This document shows, in pieces, positions 21,609 to 31,608 of a stretch of 64,000 nt of DNA; positions within the stretch are counted from its first letter, which is position 1; every line of letters begins with the position of its first letter. The notes under the pieces were generated by a model. That model did no database searches. It saw only the letters and a program-made list of their open reading frames with translations, and was not told the DNA's origin. The DNA is taken from NCBI GenBank assembly GCA_963702475.1, contig CAVPCT010000003.1, positions 192,001-256,000 of the forward strand, written 5' to 3'. The DNA is from an uncultured Thermoleophilia bacterium. Its GTDB lineage: Bacteria; Actinomycetota; Thermoleophilia; UBA2241. The translations under genes and the position numbers were made by a program.

Positions 21609-22952
21609 TCACGCCCACGTCGTCCCGCTCCTCACCGGCAGGCTGGACCCTCTGCGCGGGTAGCTGCAGCCGCCCTCGGCGATGTGCCGCTCGAAGTCCT
21701 CACGGAAGAGCCTGAGCCCCGACGCCAGCGGCTGCACGGCGCCCGGCGCCAGGTCGCAGAACGCGCGGTCGGGGCCCATGTACCAGCACTGGTCCTCGAG
21801 CAGCTCGAGGTACTCCGGCTTGCCGCGGCCCTCCTCGATGTCCTGGAGGAGCTTGACCGTCCACTGCAGGCCCTCGCGGCAGGGCGTGCACCAGCCGCAC
21901 GACTCCTGCGCGAAGAACTGCTGCATGTTGAGCAGCATGCCGATGGGGCAGGTCTGGTCGTCCAGCAGGACGATGGTGCCGGTGCCCAGGCGCGAGCCGA
22001 TGGCCTCCGTGTTGTCGAAGTCGAAGGGCACGTCGATGTCGGCCGCGGCGATGAAGGCCGTCGAGGCGCCTCCCGGTACGACGGCCTTGAGCTGGTAGCC
22101 CGGCAGCATGCCGCCGGCGTGCACCTCGATGAGCTCGCGCAGCGAGGCGCCCACCGGCAGCTCGACGCAGCCCGGCTTCGCCACGCGCCCGGAGACCCCG
22201 TAGATCTTGGTGCCACCCTCGGGCGTGAGGGCGACGCTTCTCCACCAGTCGACGCCGTTGCGCACGATGCCCGGCACGCAGGCGTAGCTCTCGACGTTGT
22301 TGACGACCGTCGGCTTGGAGTACAGGCCCGCCCCGGTCATGTGCGGGGGGCGGGCCCGCGGGTTCGGCCGCAGGCTCTCGAGCGCGTTGAGCATCGCGGA
22401 GGCCTCGCCGCAGATGTAGCGGCCGATGCTCTCGTGCAGGTTGATGTCGAAGGAGAAGCCGGTGCCCATGATGTCCCGACCCAGGTAGCCGCGCCCGCGC
22501 GCCTCGTCCAGGGCGTGCGCGAGTGCGTCCATGGGCTGGTCGTACTGGGCGCGCAGGAAGATGTACCCGGCGTCGGCCTGCACCGCGTACCCGGCGATCG
22601 TCATGCCCTCGATCAGCAGGTGCGGGTTGCGGCCCATCAGGAAGCGGTCCTTGATGCTGCCGGGCTCCATCTCGTCGGCGTTGCAGGCCACGTACTTGGG
22701 CCGCGGCGCGTCGTCGCCGAGCGGCATGGTGCTCCACTTGCGGCCGGTGTTGTAGCCCGCGCCGCCGCGGCCGCGCAGGCCGGAGTCCATGACCGCCTGC
22801 GTGACGTCGCGGGGCTCGAGCTCGTGCAGCGCCCGGTCGAGCCCTTCGTACCCGCCCGCGACGAGGTACTCGTCGAGCGTAGTTGGGCGGCCGTCGGCGC
22901 GCATGGCGCGCGTGAGCGGCCGCTCCCAGCCGTCTGTGCCGCGCGCTGTCAC
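21609..22952 (-). CDS. nuoF: NADH-quinone oxidoreductase subunit F
   Basis: [35 protein letters not shown]. Confidence 0.96.
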   Translation of the reverse strand: MTARGTDGWERPLTRAMRADGRPTTLDEYLVAGGYEGLDRALHELEPRDVTQAVMDSGLRGRGGAGYNTGRKWSTMPLGDDAPRPKYVACNADEMEPGSIKDRFLMGRNPHLLIEGMTIAGYAVQADAGYIFLRAQYDQPMDALAHALDEARGRGYLGRDIMGTGFSFDINLHESIGRYICGEASAMLNALESLRPNPRARPPHMTGAGLYSKPTVVNNVESYACVPGIVRNGVDWWRSVALTPEGGTKIYGVSGRVAKPGCVELPVGASLRELIEVHAGGMLPGYQLKAVVPGGASTAFIAAADIDVPFDFDNTEAIGSRLGTGTIVLLDDQTCPIGMLLNMQQFFAQESCGWCTPCREGLQWTVKLLQDIEEGRGKPEYLELLEDQCWYMGPDRAFCDLAPGAVQPLASGLRLFREDFERHIAEGGCSYPRRGSSLPVRSGTTWA

Positions 22953-23416
22953 GGGTACCTCCCCAGCACGCCGGGCACATCGGCCGGCGCCAGCGGCCCG
23001 TGCAGGTCCTTGTCCACCATGATCGCCGGCCCGCGGTCGCAGGCGCCCAGGCAGACGATGGGCAGCAGGGTGAAGCGGTCGTCGGGCGTGGTCTCGCCCA
23101 TGCCCACGCCGAGCTCCTGCTCGATGGCCTCGAGCAGCTCGGCGTACCCCAGCGACCAGCAGGCGAAGCTGTCGCACACCAGCACGATGTGGCGCCCGAC
23201 CGGCCGGCGGAAGAGCATGTTGCCGAACGTCGCCAGGCTGTCCAGCTCCTCGACGCTCATGCCGAGGAACGCGCCCGCGTCGGCCACGGCCTCGTCGGAG
23301 AGCCAGCGCCGCCGGACCTGCATGGCCTTGAGCACGCTGCCGGCCGCCGCCCGGCGGTCGGGGTAGTGCGTCACCACGGTCTCCAGCTCACGGCGCTCGT
23401 CGTCGCTCAGGCTCAC
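22949..23416 (-). CDS. nuoE: NADH-quinone oxidoreductase subunit E
   Basis: [15 protein letters not shown] 2Fe-2S motif. Confidence 0.95.
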   Translation of the reverse strand: MSLSDDERRELETVVTHYPDRRAAAGSVLKAMQVRRRWLSDEAVADAGAFLGMSVEELDSLATFGNMLFRRPVGRHIVLVCDSFACWSLGYAELLEAIEQELGVGMGETTPDDRFTLLPIVCLGACDRGPAIMVDKDLHGPLAPADVPGVLGRYP

Positions 23417-25203
23417 CGGTCCACGTCTCCCATGACGAAGTCGATGCTGCCGAGGATCGTCACCAGGTCGGCGATCTCGAAGCCGCGTGTGAGCAGCGGC
23501 AGCACCTGCAGGTGCGCGAACGACGGCGTGCGGATCTTCGTGCGGTACGAGGTGTTCTCGCCGTCGCTGATGGCGTAGTAGCTGTACTGGCCTTTGGTGC
23601 CCTCGGTGTAGATGCAGGCCTCGCCGGGCGGCACCACGGGGCCCCAGGTGACGCCCAGGAAGTGCGTGATGAGCGTCTCGATGTCGTGCATGGTGGCCGG
23701 TTCCTTGGACGGCGGTGTGGCCAGCGGGTGGTGTGACTTGTGCGGGCCGTCCGGCATGTGGTCCACGCACTGGCGGATGATGCGCAGGCTCTGGCGCATC
23801 TCTTCCACCCTCACGGCGATGCGGTCGTAGCTGTCGCCGGCGGTGCCGACGGGGACGTCGAAGTCGAACCAGTCGTAGTGGCTGTACGGGCGCTGCTTGC
23901 GCCAGTCCCAGGGGTAGCCGGCGGCGCGCAGGTTGGCGCCGGTGACGCCCCACTCCACCGCGTCCTCCACGGAGATCGGCCCGACGCCGACGGTGCGTGC
24001 CTTGAGGATGCGGTTGTCCATGATGAGGCGGTCGTACTCGTCGAGGCGCGCCGGCAGGTAGTCCAGGTAGTCGCGCACGCCCTCTTCCCAGCCGTTCGGC
24101 AGGCTCTGGGCGACGCCGCCGATGCGGAACCAGTTGGGGTGCATGCGCGCGCCGCAGATGGGCTCGATGACCTGGTCGAAGATGCGCTCGCGGTCCTCGA
24201 ACGTGTAGAAGACCGGCGAGAGCGCGCCGACGTCCTGGGCGAAGGTGCCGTAGAACACCAGGTGGCTGGCGATGCGGAAGAACTCGGCCAGCATGACGCG
24301 GATGACCTGGGCGCGGTCAGGGACCTCGATCCCGCAGAGCTGCTCCACCGTGAGCACCCAGGGGAAGTTGTTGCCCACGCCGCTCAGGTAGTCGATGCGG
24401 TCGGTGTAGGGGATGAAGCGGTGCCACGTCTGACGTTCGCTGATCTTCTCGGCGCCGCGGTGATGGAAGCCGATGTCGGGCAGGCAGTGGACGATCTCCT
24501 CGTCGCGCAGGCCCACGATGACGCGGAACGGGCCGTGGGTGGCGCCGTGCTGCGGCCCGATGTTGAGGTACATGAGCGTGGGGTCGTCCTCGGCGCTCGG
24601 CAGGCCCCACTTCTCGGGCGTGAAGCGCAGGTCCTCCATCCAGTCCTGGTACTGCTCCTCGGGCGCCTCGAACGGCCCGTACTCGGTGCCGCGGGCGGGG
24701 TGCTCCTTGCGCAGCGGGTGGCCCTTCCACCACGGCGGCATGAGGATGCGGCGCAGGTCGGGGTGGCCCTCGACGTGGATGCCGAACATGTCCCAGACCT
24801 CGCGCTCGTACCAGCCGGCGGCCGGCCAGAGGGGCGTGACGGATGCGATGGTCGGCGTGTCGCCGGCGAGCGCCACCTTGAGGCGCAGGTCGGCGTTCCG
24901 CTCGTAGGAGACGAGGTGGTAGAAGACGCTGAAGTCGGCCGCGGGCAGGCCGGCGCGGTGGGCGCGGTAGCGTTCGTCCACCGCGCCGAGGTCGTAGAGG
25001 AAACGGAAGGGGCGCTCGGCCTCGTGCTTCAGGTAGCCGAGCGCCTCGCGCACCAGGTCCTTCGACAGCCAGGCGGTCGGGATGCCGTCGGCGGTGACCT
25101 GCCCCGTCAGCTCCGCGCCGGGGAAGCGGGCGCGGAGCTCGTCGAGCACGTCCGCGGCCGCGGCGGCCGGCGTGGCGCCCGGTGTCTGCGTCGCGGCCGC
25201 CAC
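23413..25203 (-). CDS. nuoCD: NADH-quinone oxidoreductase fused subunit C/D
   Basis: [17 protein letters not shown] (C) joined to LNIGPQH..HHRGAEK..DRIDY..DVDR (D). Confidence 0.97.
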   Translation of the reverse strand: MAAATQTPGATPAAAAADVLDELRARFPGAELTGQVTADGIPTAWLSKDLVREALGYLKHEAERPFRFLYDLGAVDERYRAHRAGLPAADFSVFYHLVSYERNADLRLKVALAGDTPTIASVTPLWPAAGWYEREVWDMFGIHVEGHPDLRRILMPPWWKGHPLRKEHPARGTEYGPFEAPEEQYQDWMEDLRFTPEKWGLPSAEDDPTLMYLNIGPQHGATHGPFRVIVGLRDEEIVHCLPDIGFHHRGAEKISERQTWHRFIPYTDRIDYLSGVGNNFPWVLTVEQLCGIEVPDRAQVIRVMLAEFFRIASHLVFYGTFAQDVGALSPVFYTFEDRERIFDQVIEPICGARMHPNWFRIGGVAQSLPNGWEEGVRDYLDYLPARLDEYDRLIMDNRILKARTVGVGPISVEDAVEWGVTGANLRAAGYPWDWRKQRPYSHYDWFDFDVPVGTAGDSYDRIAVRVEEMRQSLRIIRQCVDHMPDGPHKSHHPLATPPSKEPATMHDIETLITHFLGVTWGPVVPPGEACIYTEGTKGQYSYYAISDGENTSYRTKIRTPSFAHLQVLPLLTRGFEIADLVTILGSIDFVMGDVDR

Positions 25204-25204
25204 G

Positions 25205-25858
25205 TCACACCTCGTCCGGCGCCCGCAGCTCGCCGGTTCCCAGCACCTGCGGGCGCCGCAGGTCGCGCAGCGACACCTTGGGCGCCTCGGTCACGTTCTC
25301 CTGGCCGACCACCCAGCTGAGCGGCCGCCGCTCGGTGGCGACCTGGGCCTGCAGCAGCAGCAGGCCCTCCATGAGCGCTGTGGGCGCCGGCGGGCAGCCC
25401 TGGATGTACACGTCCACCGGCAGGAACGAGTCCACGCCCTGCACCACGCTGTACACGTCGTACATGCCGCCGGAGTTGGCGCACGAGCCCATGCTGAGGA
25501 CCCAGCGCGGCGCCATCATCTGGCGGTGCAGCTGGATCACGGTGGGCACCATCTTCTTGAACACCGTGCCGGCGACGAGCATCACGTCGGCCTCGCGGGG
25601 GGAGATGCGCAGCACTTCCGCGCCGAAGCGAGCGATGTCGTAGCGCGGTGTGAGGCTCGTGGCCATCTCCACGAAGCAGCAGGAGAGGCCGAAGCCAAAG
25701 GGCCACAGCGAGTACTTGCGCCCCCAGGCGATGAGCGCCTGCAGGCTGCCCATGACGATGCCGCCCTCGGGTCCGGCGACGAGCGGCTGCTCCGACTCCA
25801 GCATGGAGTGGAGGGCGATGCCGGTGCGCGAGGGCACGTCGCCGCGACGGGGGGTCAC
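25205..25858 (-). CDS. nuoB: NADH-quinone oxidoreductase subunit B
   Basis: [28 protein letters not shown]. Confidence 0.96.
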   Translation of the reverse strand: MTPRRGDVPSRTGIALHSMLESEQPLVAGPEGGIVMGSLQALIAWGRKYSLWPFGFGLSCCFVEMATSLTPRYDIARFGAEVLRISPREADVMLVAGTVFKKMVPTVIQLHRQMMAPRWVLSMGSCANSGGMYDVYSVVQGVDSFLPVDVYIQGCPPAPTALMEGLLLLQAQVATERRPLSWVVGQENVTEAPKVSLRDLRRPQVLGTGELRAPDEV

Positions 25859-26388
25859 GTGAGCTGCTCCCGCTGGAGATCGCCGGCGGTCGCGGCAGGC
25901 TCCGGCCGCTCGAGACCGGACGCGCCCCGCTCGAGCCGCGCGGCGAGGCGATCCTTGCGCCTGCGTCGCCCGGCCGCGCCCCAGTCGAGCCCGCCGGCCT
26001 TCCACAGGTACACGAGACCGGCCAGCAGCAGCGCGACGAACACGACGATCTCGGCGTAACCCGCCCAGCCGAGCTTTCGCGCGTTCACCGCCCAGGCGAA
26101 GATGAACACGGCCTCCAGGTCGAAGATCACGAAGAAGAGGGCGACCTGGTAGAACTCCACACTGAGGCGTCGCGGCAGCGGACCGGCCGGCTCGAGCCCG
26201 GACTCGTACGGCGTGCAGCGGTCGCGCCCGCCTCGGCGGCGCTCGCCGAGGACCGCCGAGAGCACCAGGATGAGCGCGGCGAGGCCCAGCACGAGCACGG
26301 CGTACAGGGCAGCCGGCCAGATGGTGATGGCGACGAGACCCTCCGTGGCAACCCCCTGCCGTTCGTTCGCGTCCTGTGCATCCGCCAT
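25855..26388 (-). CDS. nuoA: NADH-quinone oxidoreductase subunit A
   Basis: [21 protein letters not shown]. Confidence 0.95.
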   Translation of the reverse strand: MADAQDANERQGVATEGLVAITIWPAALYAVLVLGLAALILVLSAVLGERRRGGRDRCTPYESGLEPAGPLPRRLSVEFYQVALFFVIFDLEAVFIFAWAVNARKLGWAGYAEIVVFVALLLAGLVYLWKAGGLDWGAAGRRRRKDRLAARLERGASGLERPEPAATAGDLQREQLT

Positions 26389-26594
26389 CCCCTACCATGC
26401 TGGACGCGAGGTTCAGTGCATGGTAGTAGAACAATCACTATCAAGGGCGGAGGCTCCTGTCACGTTTCTGACGCCATTTGCTCTCGATGAAACGGGGTAG
26501 GTGTCTGTCGTCACGGCCGCACGGAGGGATGCGGCCGGGGAGCAGAGGGGGCCGCGTGAGGAGCTGTGGGCGTTGGCGACACGAGCGCCGGGGT

Positions 26595-27326
26595 GTGCCT
26601 CCGGTCGCTCGCTGCGTCGCGCTGACGCTCGTCCTTCTCGCCGCCGCGGTGTCCACCGCCTCCGCCGGGGCGGCGACTGAGGCCACGCCGGCGTCTTCGG
26701 GCTCCCCGGTGGGTCAGCCGGTCTCCGGCGAGGCCGTCTACGTCCAGAACTGCTCGGGCTGCCACGGCGTGAAGGGCGAGGGTGCGTTCGGGCCGCCGCT
26801 GGCCCCGGCGGGCTTCGCCGAGCTGGTCGGCCCCATGGTCTTGCAGGGCGGCATCCAGATGCCGGCGTTCCGCGACGCGCTCACGCAGGACCAGATAGAC
26901 GCCGTCGCGCACTACGTGGCGACCAGCGTGGCCGACCCGGCGTCGCACGAAGCCGAGCTGGGGCGCGGCGGCGAGCTGTACCGCCTGTACTGCTCCGCCT
27001 GCCACAGCGCGACCGGGCGCGGTGGTGCGCTCACCGCGGGGCAGAACGCGCCCAACATCGCTCAGTACCCGGCGGCCGAGGCGCTCGCCGCCATGATCCT
27101 CGGCCGCCGGGAGATGCCGGTGTTCGCCGGCAACACCTTCGACGTCACGCAACAGACCTCTGTCGCGCTGTACGTGGACCGGCTCATCGAGCCCGAGTCC
27201 CCGGGCGGCGCCGGCCTGTGGTACCTGGGGCCGGTGCCCGAGGGTCTCTTCGGCGGGATCGGCCTGGTGATCCTTGTCGTGCTGGCCGTATGGCTGGCCT
27301 GGAAGTCGCGCAAGGCGGCGCCTTGA
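26595..27326 (+). CDS. qcrC: Diheme cytochrome c subunit of the bcc complex
   Basis: Signal peptide, CSGCH and CSACH, GPVPEG, C-terminal TM helix. Confidence 0.88.
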   Translation: MPPVARCVALTLVLLAAAVSTASAGAATEATPASSGSPVGQPVSGEAVYVQNCSGCHGVKGEGAFGPPLAPAGFAELVGPMVLQGGIQMPAFRDALTQDQIDAVAHYVATSVADPASHEAELGRGGELYRLYCSACHSATGRGGALTAGQNAPNIAQYPAAEALAAMILGRREMPVFAGNTFDVTQQTSVALYVDRLIEPESPGGAGLWYLGPVPEGLFGGIGLVILVVLAVWLAWKSRKAAP

Positions 27327-28231
27327 GCGGCTCGCCGCCCGTGAACCCGCCCGGCGAGCCGCCGGCCGCGCCGCCGCCACGGCGTCCCTCGGGCCCGCCC
27401 ACGTGGCCGGTCGGCCTCGGTCTGGTCGCGACCATCGCCGGCGCCATCGGGTTCGCGGTGTCGTTCGTCGTCGGCGCCGGCAACGGCTGGATCGGCGGCT
27501 TTCTGGCCGCGGCCCTGCTTGGGCTCGGCGTAGCTCTCGCCTACTGGGGCCGCGACCTGGCCGGCGACGAGGTCATCACCGCGCCGTACCCGGTGCCGCA
27601 CGAGGACCCCGAGGGCCGCGGCGAGCTCGCCGACGCCCTGGAGCGGGACGCCGGCGTGCTCACGCGCCGGCGCTTCCTGTTCCGTCTGCTCATCGTGGGC
27701 GGCGCGGTGTTCGCCTTCAGCCAGATCGTGCTGCTCGGCGCCTTGGGGCCGCGCCCGAAGAACTCGCTGCGCACCACCGCCTGGACGCCGGGCGCCCGTC
27801 TTGTGGACTCGGAGGGCGTGCCCATCACCAGGGACGCGCTGGCCACAGGCGGCACCCTGGTCGCCTTTCCCGAGGGGCATGTGGGCTCGGCCGACGCGCA
27901 GGTGGCCCTCTTCCATTTCGTCAACGGCGACTTCAAGCCCCAGCCGGGGCGCGAGACGTGGAGCCCTGAAGCGTTCGTCGCCTACTCACGGATCTGCACG
28001 CACGTCGGCTGCGTCGTGGCGCAGTACGAGGACGAGTCCCAGCGCCTGGTGTGCCCCTGCCACCAGTCGAGCTTCGACCTGCTCGACGGCGCCAGGGTGG
28101 TCTTCGGACCGGCCGGCCGCCCGCTGCCGCAGCTGCCCCTGGCCATCGACGAGCAGGGCTACCTGGTCGCGCAGGACGACTTCACCGAGCCGGTCGGCCC
28201 GGGCTTCTGGAACGAGGGGTGGCAGGGGTGA
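27323..28231 (+). CDS. qcrA: Rieske Fe-S subunit of the bcc complex
   Basis: Three N-terminal TM helices, RRRFL, CTHVGC, CPCHQS, GPAGRPLPQL. Confidence 0.93.
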   Translation: MSGSPPVNPPGEPPAAPPPRRPSGPPTWPVGLGLVATIAGAIGFAVSFVVGAGNGWIGGFLAAALLGLGVALAYWGRDLAGDEVITAPYPVPHEDPEGRGELADALERDAGVLTRRRFLFRLLIVGGAVFAFSQIVLLGALGPRPKNSLRTTAWTPGARLVDSEGVPITRDALATGGTLVAFPEGHVGSADAQVALFHFVNGDFKPQPGRETWSPEAFVAYSRICTHVGCVVAQYEDESQRLVCPCHQSSFDLLDGARVVFGPAGRPLPQLPLAIDEQGYLVAQDDFTEPVGPGFWNEGWQG

Positions 28232-29592
28232 GCCGCCGCCGGCTCCTCAACAGCCTGGGTAGCGCTTTCGGCGTACGCCGCTCGCCGCTGCGCCCGGCGG
28301 CGCGCTGGGCCGACCGCAACCTCGGCGGCGGCTCCCGGCTGATCAAGGAGGAGCTGCGCCATGTGTTCCCCGACAGCTGGGCCTTCTTCCTCGGCGAGAT
28401 CGCCCTCTACTGCTTCGTGATCCTCGTGGTCACCGGCGTCTTCCTCTCCCTGTTCTTCGAGGCGTCGCAGGTGCCCACCGTGTACGAGGGCGTGTACGAG
28501 CCGCTGGTGGGGACCGAGGTGACGGCGGCGTACGGCTCGGTACTGGACCTCAGTCTCGAGGTGCGCGCCGGGCTGCTGGTGCGGCAGGTGCACCACTGGG
28601 CGGCGCTCGTGTTCGTCGCCGCCCTCATGATCCATTTGCTGCGCATGTTCTTCACCGGCGCGTACCGCAAGCCGCGCGTGATCAACTGGCTCATCGGCAT
28701 CGTCCTGCTGATCATGGTCGGCATGAACGGGTTGTTCGGCTACTCGCTGCCCGACGACCTGCTCTCGGGGGTGGGCCTGCGTGTGGCGTACTCCATCACC
28801 GAGTCCATCCCGTTCCTGGGGCCGTGGCTGGCGTCCATCATGTTCGGCGGCGAGTTCCCCACTGAGGGCATCATCGCCCGCATCTACCCGGTGCACATCC
28901 TGCTGCTTCCGCTCGGCATCATGGGGCTGCTGGGGCTGCACATGGGCATCATGTGGTTCCAGCGCCACACCGAGTTCCCCGGCCCGTCCCGTGACGACCG
29001 CACCATGGTCGGCACGCCCATGGTGCCCGCCTACGCGCTGCGCACACTGGGCTACTTCCTGCTCATCGCCGGCGTGCTCACCGCATTCGGCGCCTTTCTG
29101 CAGATCAACCCGGTGTGGTTGTACGGGCCGTACACGCCCTGGGACGCGACCACACAGGCGCAGCCCGACTGGTACATGGGCTGGATGGAGGGCGGCCTGC
29201 GGCTCATGCCCGGCTGGGACATCCGTATCGGGTGGTTCGTGCTGCCGGCCGTGTTCTGGCCGGCGGTCATCCTGCCCGGCCTGGTGTTCACGCCGCTGCT
29301 CATCTGGCCGTTCGTGGATCAGTGGGCGCTGCGCGACCACGGCTACCACAACGTGCTCACCTGGCCCACGGAGCGCCCCGGCCGCATGGCGGTGGGCGCG
29401 GGCTTCGTGACCTTTCTCACGGTGCTGCTGCTGGGCGGAGCCAACGACGTGTTCGCCAACGTGTGGGGCCTCGACGTGGTCACGGTGGTGTACGTGCTGC
29501 GCGCCATGGTGTTCGTGGCACCGCCGCTGGTGGCCGCCGCCACCTACGCGGTCGCCCGCGGGAGGGCGGAGCGGTGGGCGAGGGGGCGGTGA
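28228..29592 (+). CDS. qcrB: Cytochrome b subunit of the bcc complex
   Basis: FPDSWAFFLGEIALY, RQVHHWAA, GYSLPDDLLSG, QPDWY. Confidence 0.95.
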   Translation: MSRRRLLNSLGSAFGVRRSPLRPAARWADRNLGGGSRLIKEELRHVFPDSWAFFLGEIALYCFVILVVTGVFLSLFFEASQVPTVYEGVYEPLVGTEVTAAYGSVLDLSLEVRAGLLVRQVHHWAALVFVAALMIHLLRMFFTGAYRKPRVINWLIGIVLLIMVGMNGLFGYSLPDDLLSGVGLRVAYSITESIPFLGPWLASIMFGGEFPTEGIIARIYPVHILLLPLGIMGLLGLHMGIMWFQRHTEFPGPSRDDRTMVGTPMVPAYALRTLGYFLLIAGVLTAFGAFLQINPVWLYGPYTPWDATTQAQPDWYMGWMEGGLRLMPGWDIRIGWFVLPAVFWPAVILPGLVFTPLLIWPFVDQWALRDHGYHNVLTWPTERPGRMAVGAGFVTFLTVLLLGGANDVFANVWGLDVVTVVYVLRAMVFVAPPLVAAATYAVARGRAERWARGR

Positions 29593-29663
29593 GCGGAGCG
29601 GGGACAGGCGGCGCGGTGACGCGGACGCGGCGCCCCGCCCGGGCGGCCGCGCCGGCCGGGCGC

Positions 29664-30503
29664 CTACAGCAGGTGGTCGAGCACCGCGGCCGCCAGCACC
29701 ACGGCGAGGTACGGTCCGGACACCTTGAAGAGAGTCCAGGCGCGGCTCGGCGCGGGCGCAGCCAGCAGCCGCGCCACGTAGATCCACAGCACCGCCGTCG
29801 CGGCGAACGCCACGACGGCATACAGGACGCCGTAGAGGCCGGCCGCCCAGGCCGCCGCCACGACGGCCGTGAGCGCCGCGCAGAAGCCCGCGATCAGCAG
29901 ACGGGCCGGCCGCTCGCCGTACCGCAGAGCTGGGGTGGGGATGCCGCTGGCGCGGTAGTCGTCCTCACGGGCCAGGCTGAGGGCCCAGAAGTGCGGCGGC
30001 GACCAGAGCAGGATCACGCCGCACAGGAACAGGACCTGGGCGGAGAAGGCCTGGCCGGTGGCGGCCCAGCCGATGAGGGCCGGGAACACGCCGGCCAGCG
30101 CGCCGGGCACGGAGCTGAGCGCCGTGTGTGGCTTGAGCACCAGCGTGTAGAAGAGCGCGTAGTAGGCCGCGCCGGTCAGGGCGAGCACGGCCGCCAGGGG
30201 GCCGGCGACCGCCCACAGGGCCACCGCGCCGGCCGTGACGGCCACGAGTGCCGTCGTGAGGGCGCGGCCGGGAGGCAGCGCGCCGGAGGCCGTCGGGCGC
30301 CGGCGCGTACGCTCCATGCGCGCGTCCACGGCGCGCTCCAGCACGTTGTTGATGACGGCGGCGCCGGCCACGGTGAGGCCGGTCGCGGCCAGCACGGCGA
30401 GGCTCTGGGCCACGCCCGGCGCGCCGCCCAGCAGCAGCGCCGCCAGGACGGTCAGCAGAAAGAGCCCTACGATGCGCGGCTGCGCCGCCCTCACGTAGTC
30501 CAT
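29664..30503 (-). CDS. ctaB: Protoheme IX farnesyltransferase (heme o synthase)
   Basis: NNVLERAVDARMERTRRRP, WSPPHFWAL, DY..GIP. Confidence 0.93.
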   Translation of the reverse strand: MDYVRAAQPRIVGLFLLTVLAALLLGGAPGVAQSLAVLAATGLTVAGAAVINNVLERAVDARMERTRRRPTASGALPPGRALTTALVAVTAGAVALWAVAGPLAAVLALTGAAYYALFYTLVLKPHTALSSVPGALAGVFPALIGWAATGQAFSAQVLFLCGVILLWSPPHFWALSLAREDDYRASGIPTPALRYGERPARLLIAGFCAALTAVVAAAWAAGLYGVLYAVVAFAATAVLWIYVARLLAAPAPSRAWTLFKVSGPYLAVVLAAAVLDHLL

Positions 30504-30579
30504 ACGGCCATTCTCCCGCATAGGTGCGGACTCGTGCGAAGATGTGACCGGGGTGCATGCGGAGGAGGTGAGCGCCGTC

Positions 30580-31608
30580 GTGACGTGTGAGCGGTCCAGA
30601 CAGCCGGCCGGCCGGCGCCGGCTCCTGCTGCTCGTGCTCCTCGCCGTCGTCCTCGCCGCCCTCGTGCTGCCGGCCGTTGCCGGCGCTGCCTCGCCCAACA
30701 TGTGGCGCCCGCACGGCTCGTCCGGCGAGACCATCCGCACACTCGGCATCCAGATGTTCGCCATCCTCGCCGGCGTGGCCGTGACCGTGTGGGGCATCCT
30801 TGTCTACGTGATCATCAGGGGCCGCCGGCGCAAGGAGAGCGAGGTCGCGGACACCAAGGGCAACCTGACCCTCGAGATCGTCTGGACCCTGATCCCGGCG
30901 GCCATCGTCACCGTGCTCTTCATCCTCACGCTGCTGGCCACGCAGCAGATCGCGCGCCCCGACCCGGGGGCGCAGTTCACGGCCGTCGGCCACCGCTGGT
31001 GGTGGGAGTTCGACTTCACCGACCTGGGCTTCAAGACCGCGAACGAGGTGTACGTGGCGGAGGGCCGGCCCACGTCCATCGACGTCGAGTCTGTCGACGT
31101 GATCCACTCGTTCTGGGTGCCGCAGATGGGCGGCAAGGTGGACATGATCCCCGGGCGCGTGAACCACATCTACTTCGTGCCGCTCAGGGAGGGCAGGTAC
31201 CTGGGCGAGTGCTCCGAGTACTGCGGGCAGCAGCACGGCAACATGCGCTTTCTGTTCGTCGTGGTCTCGACGGAGGCGTACTCGGACTGGGTCAACCACC
31301 AGGCGCAGCCGGCCGCGGAACCCACCGGCGCGGAGGCCGTCGAGGGCCGTAAGCTCATCGAGACGGTGGGGTGCGGCGGGTGTCACACCATCCGCGGTAC
31401 CCCGCTCAAGGGCACGTTCGGGCCGGATCTCACGCACTTCGGCAGCCGCAGCGGCATCGCCGCGTACACGCTGCCGAACACCCCCCAGAACCTGTACGAG
31501 TGGCTCAAGGACCCGCAGGCGGTGAAGGAAGAGGTGCTGATGCCGCTCACGCCGCTGCCCGAGCAGTCGCTGTGGCAGCTCGTCGCTTACCTGGAAGAGC
31601 TGAAGTGA
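30580..31608 (+). CDS. coxB: Cytochrome c oxidase subunit II with fused cytochrome c (caa3-type)
   Basis: LEIVWT, DVIHSFWVP, CuA motif CSEYCGQQHGNM, heme c motif CGGCH. Confidence 0.95.
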   Translation: MTCERSRQPAGRRRLLLLVLLAVVLAALVLPAVAGAASPNMWRPHGSSGETIRTLGIQMFAILAGVAVTVWGILVYVIIRGRRRKESEVADTKGNLTLEIVWTLIPAAIVTVLFILTLLATQQIARPDPGAQFTAVGHRWWWEFDFTDLGFKTANEVYVAEGRPTSIDVESVDVIHSFWVPQMGGKVDMIPGRVNHIYFVPLREGRYLGECSEYCGQQHGNMRFLFVVVSTEAYSDWVNHQAQPAAEPTGAEAVEGRKLIETVGCGGCHTIRGTPLKGTFGPDLTHFGSRSGIAAYTLPNTPQNLYEWLKDPQAVKEEVLMPLTPLPEQSLWQLVAYLEELK

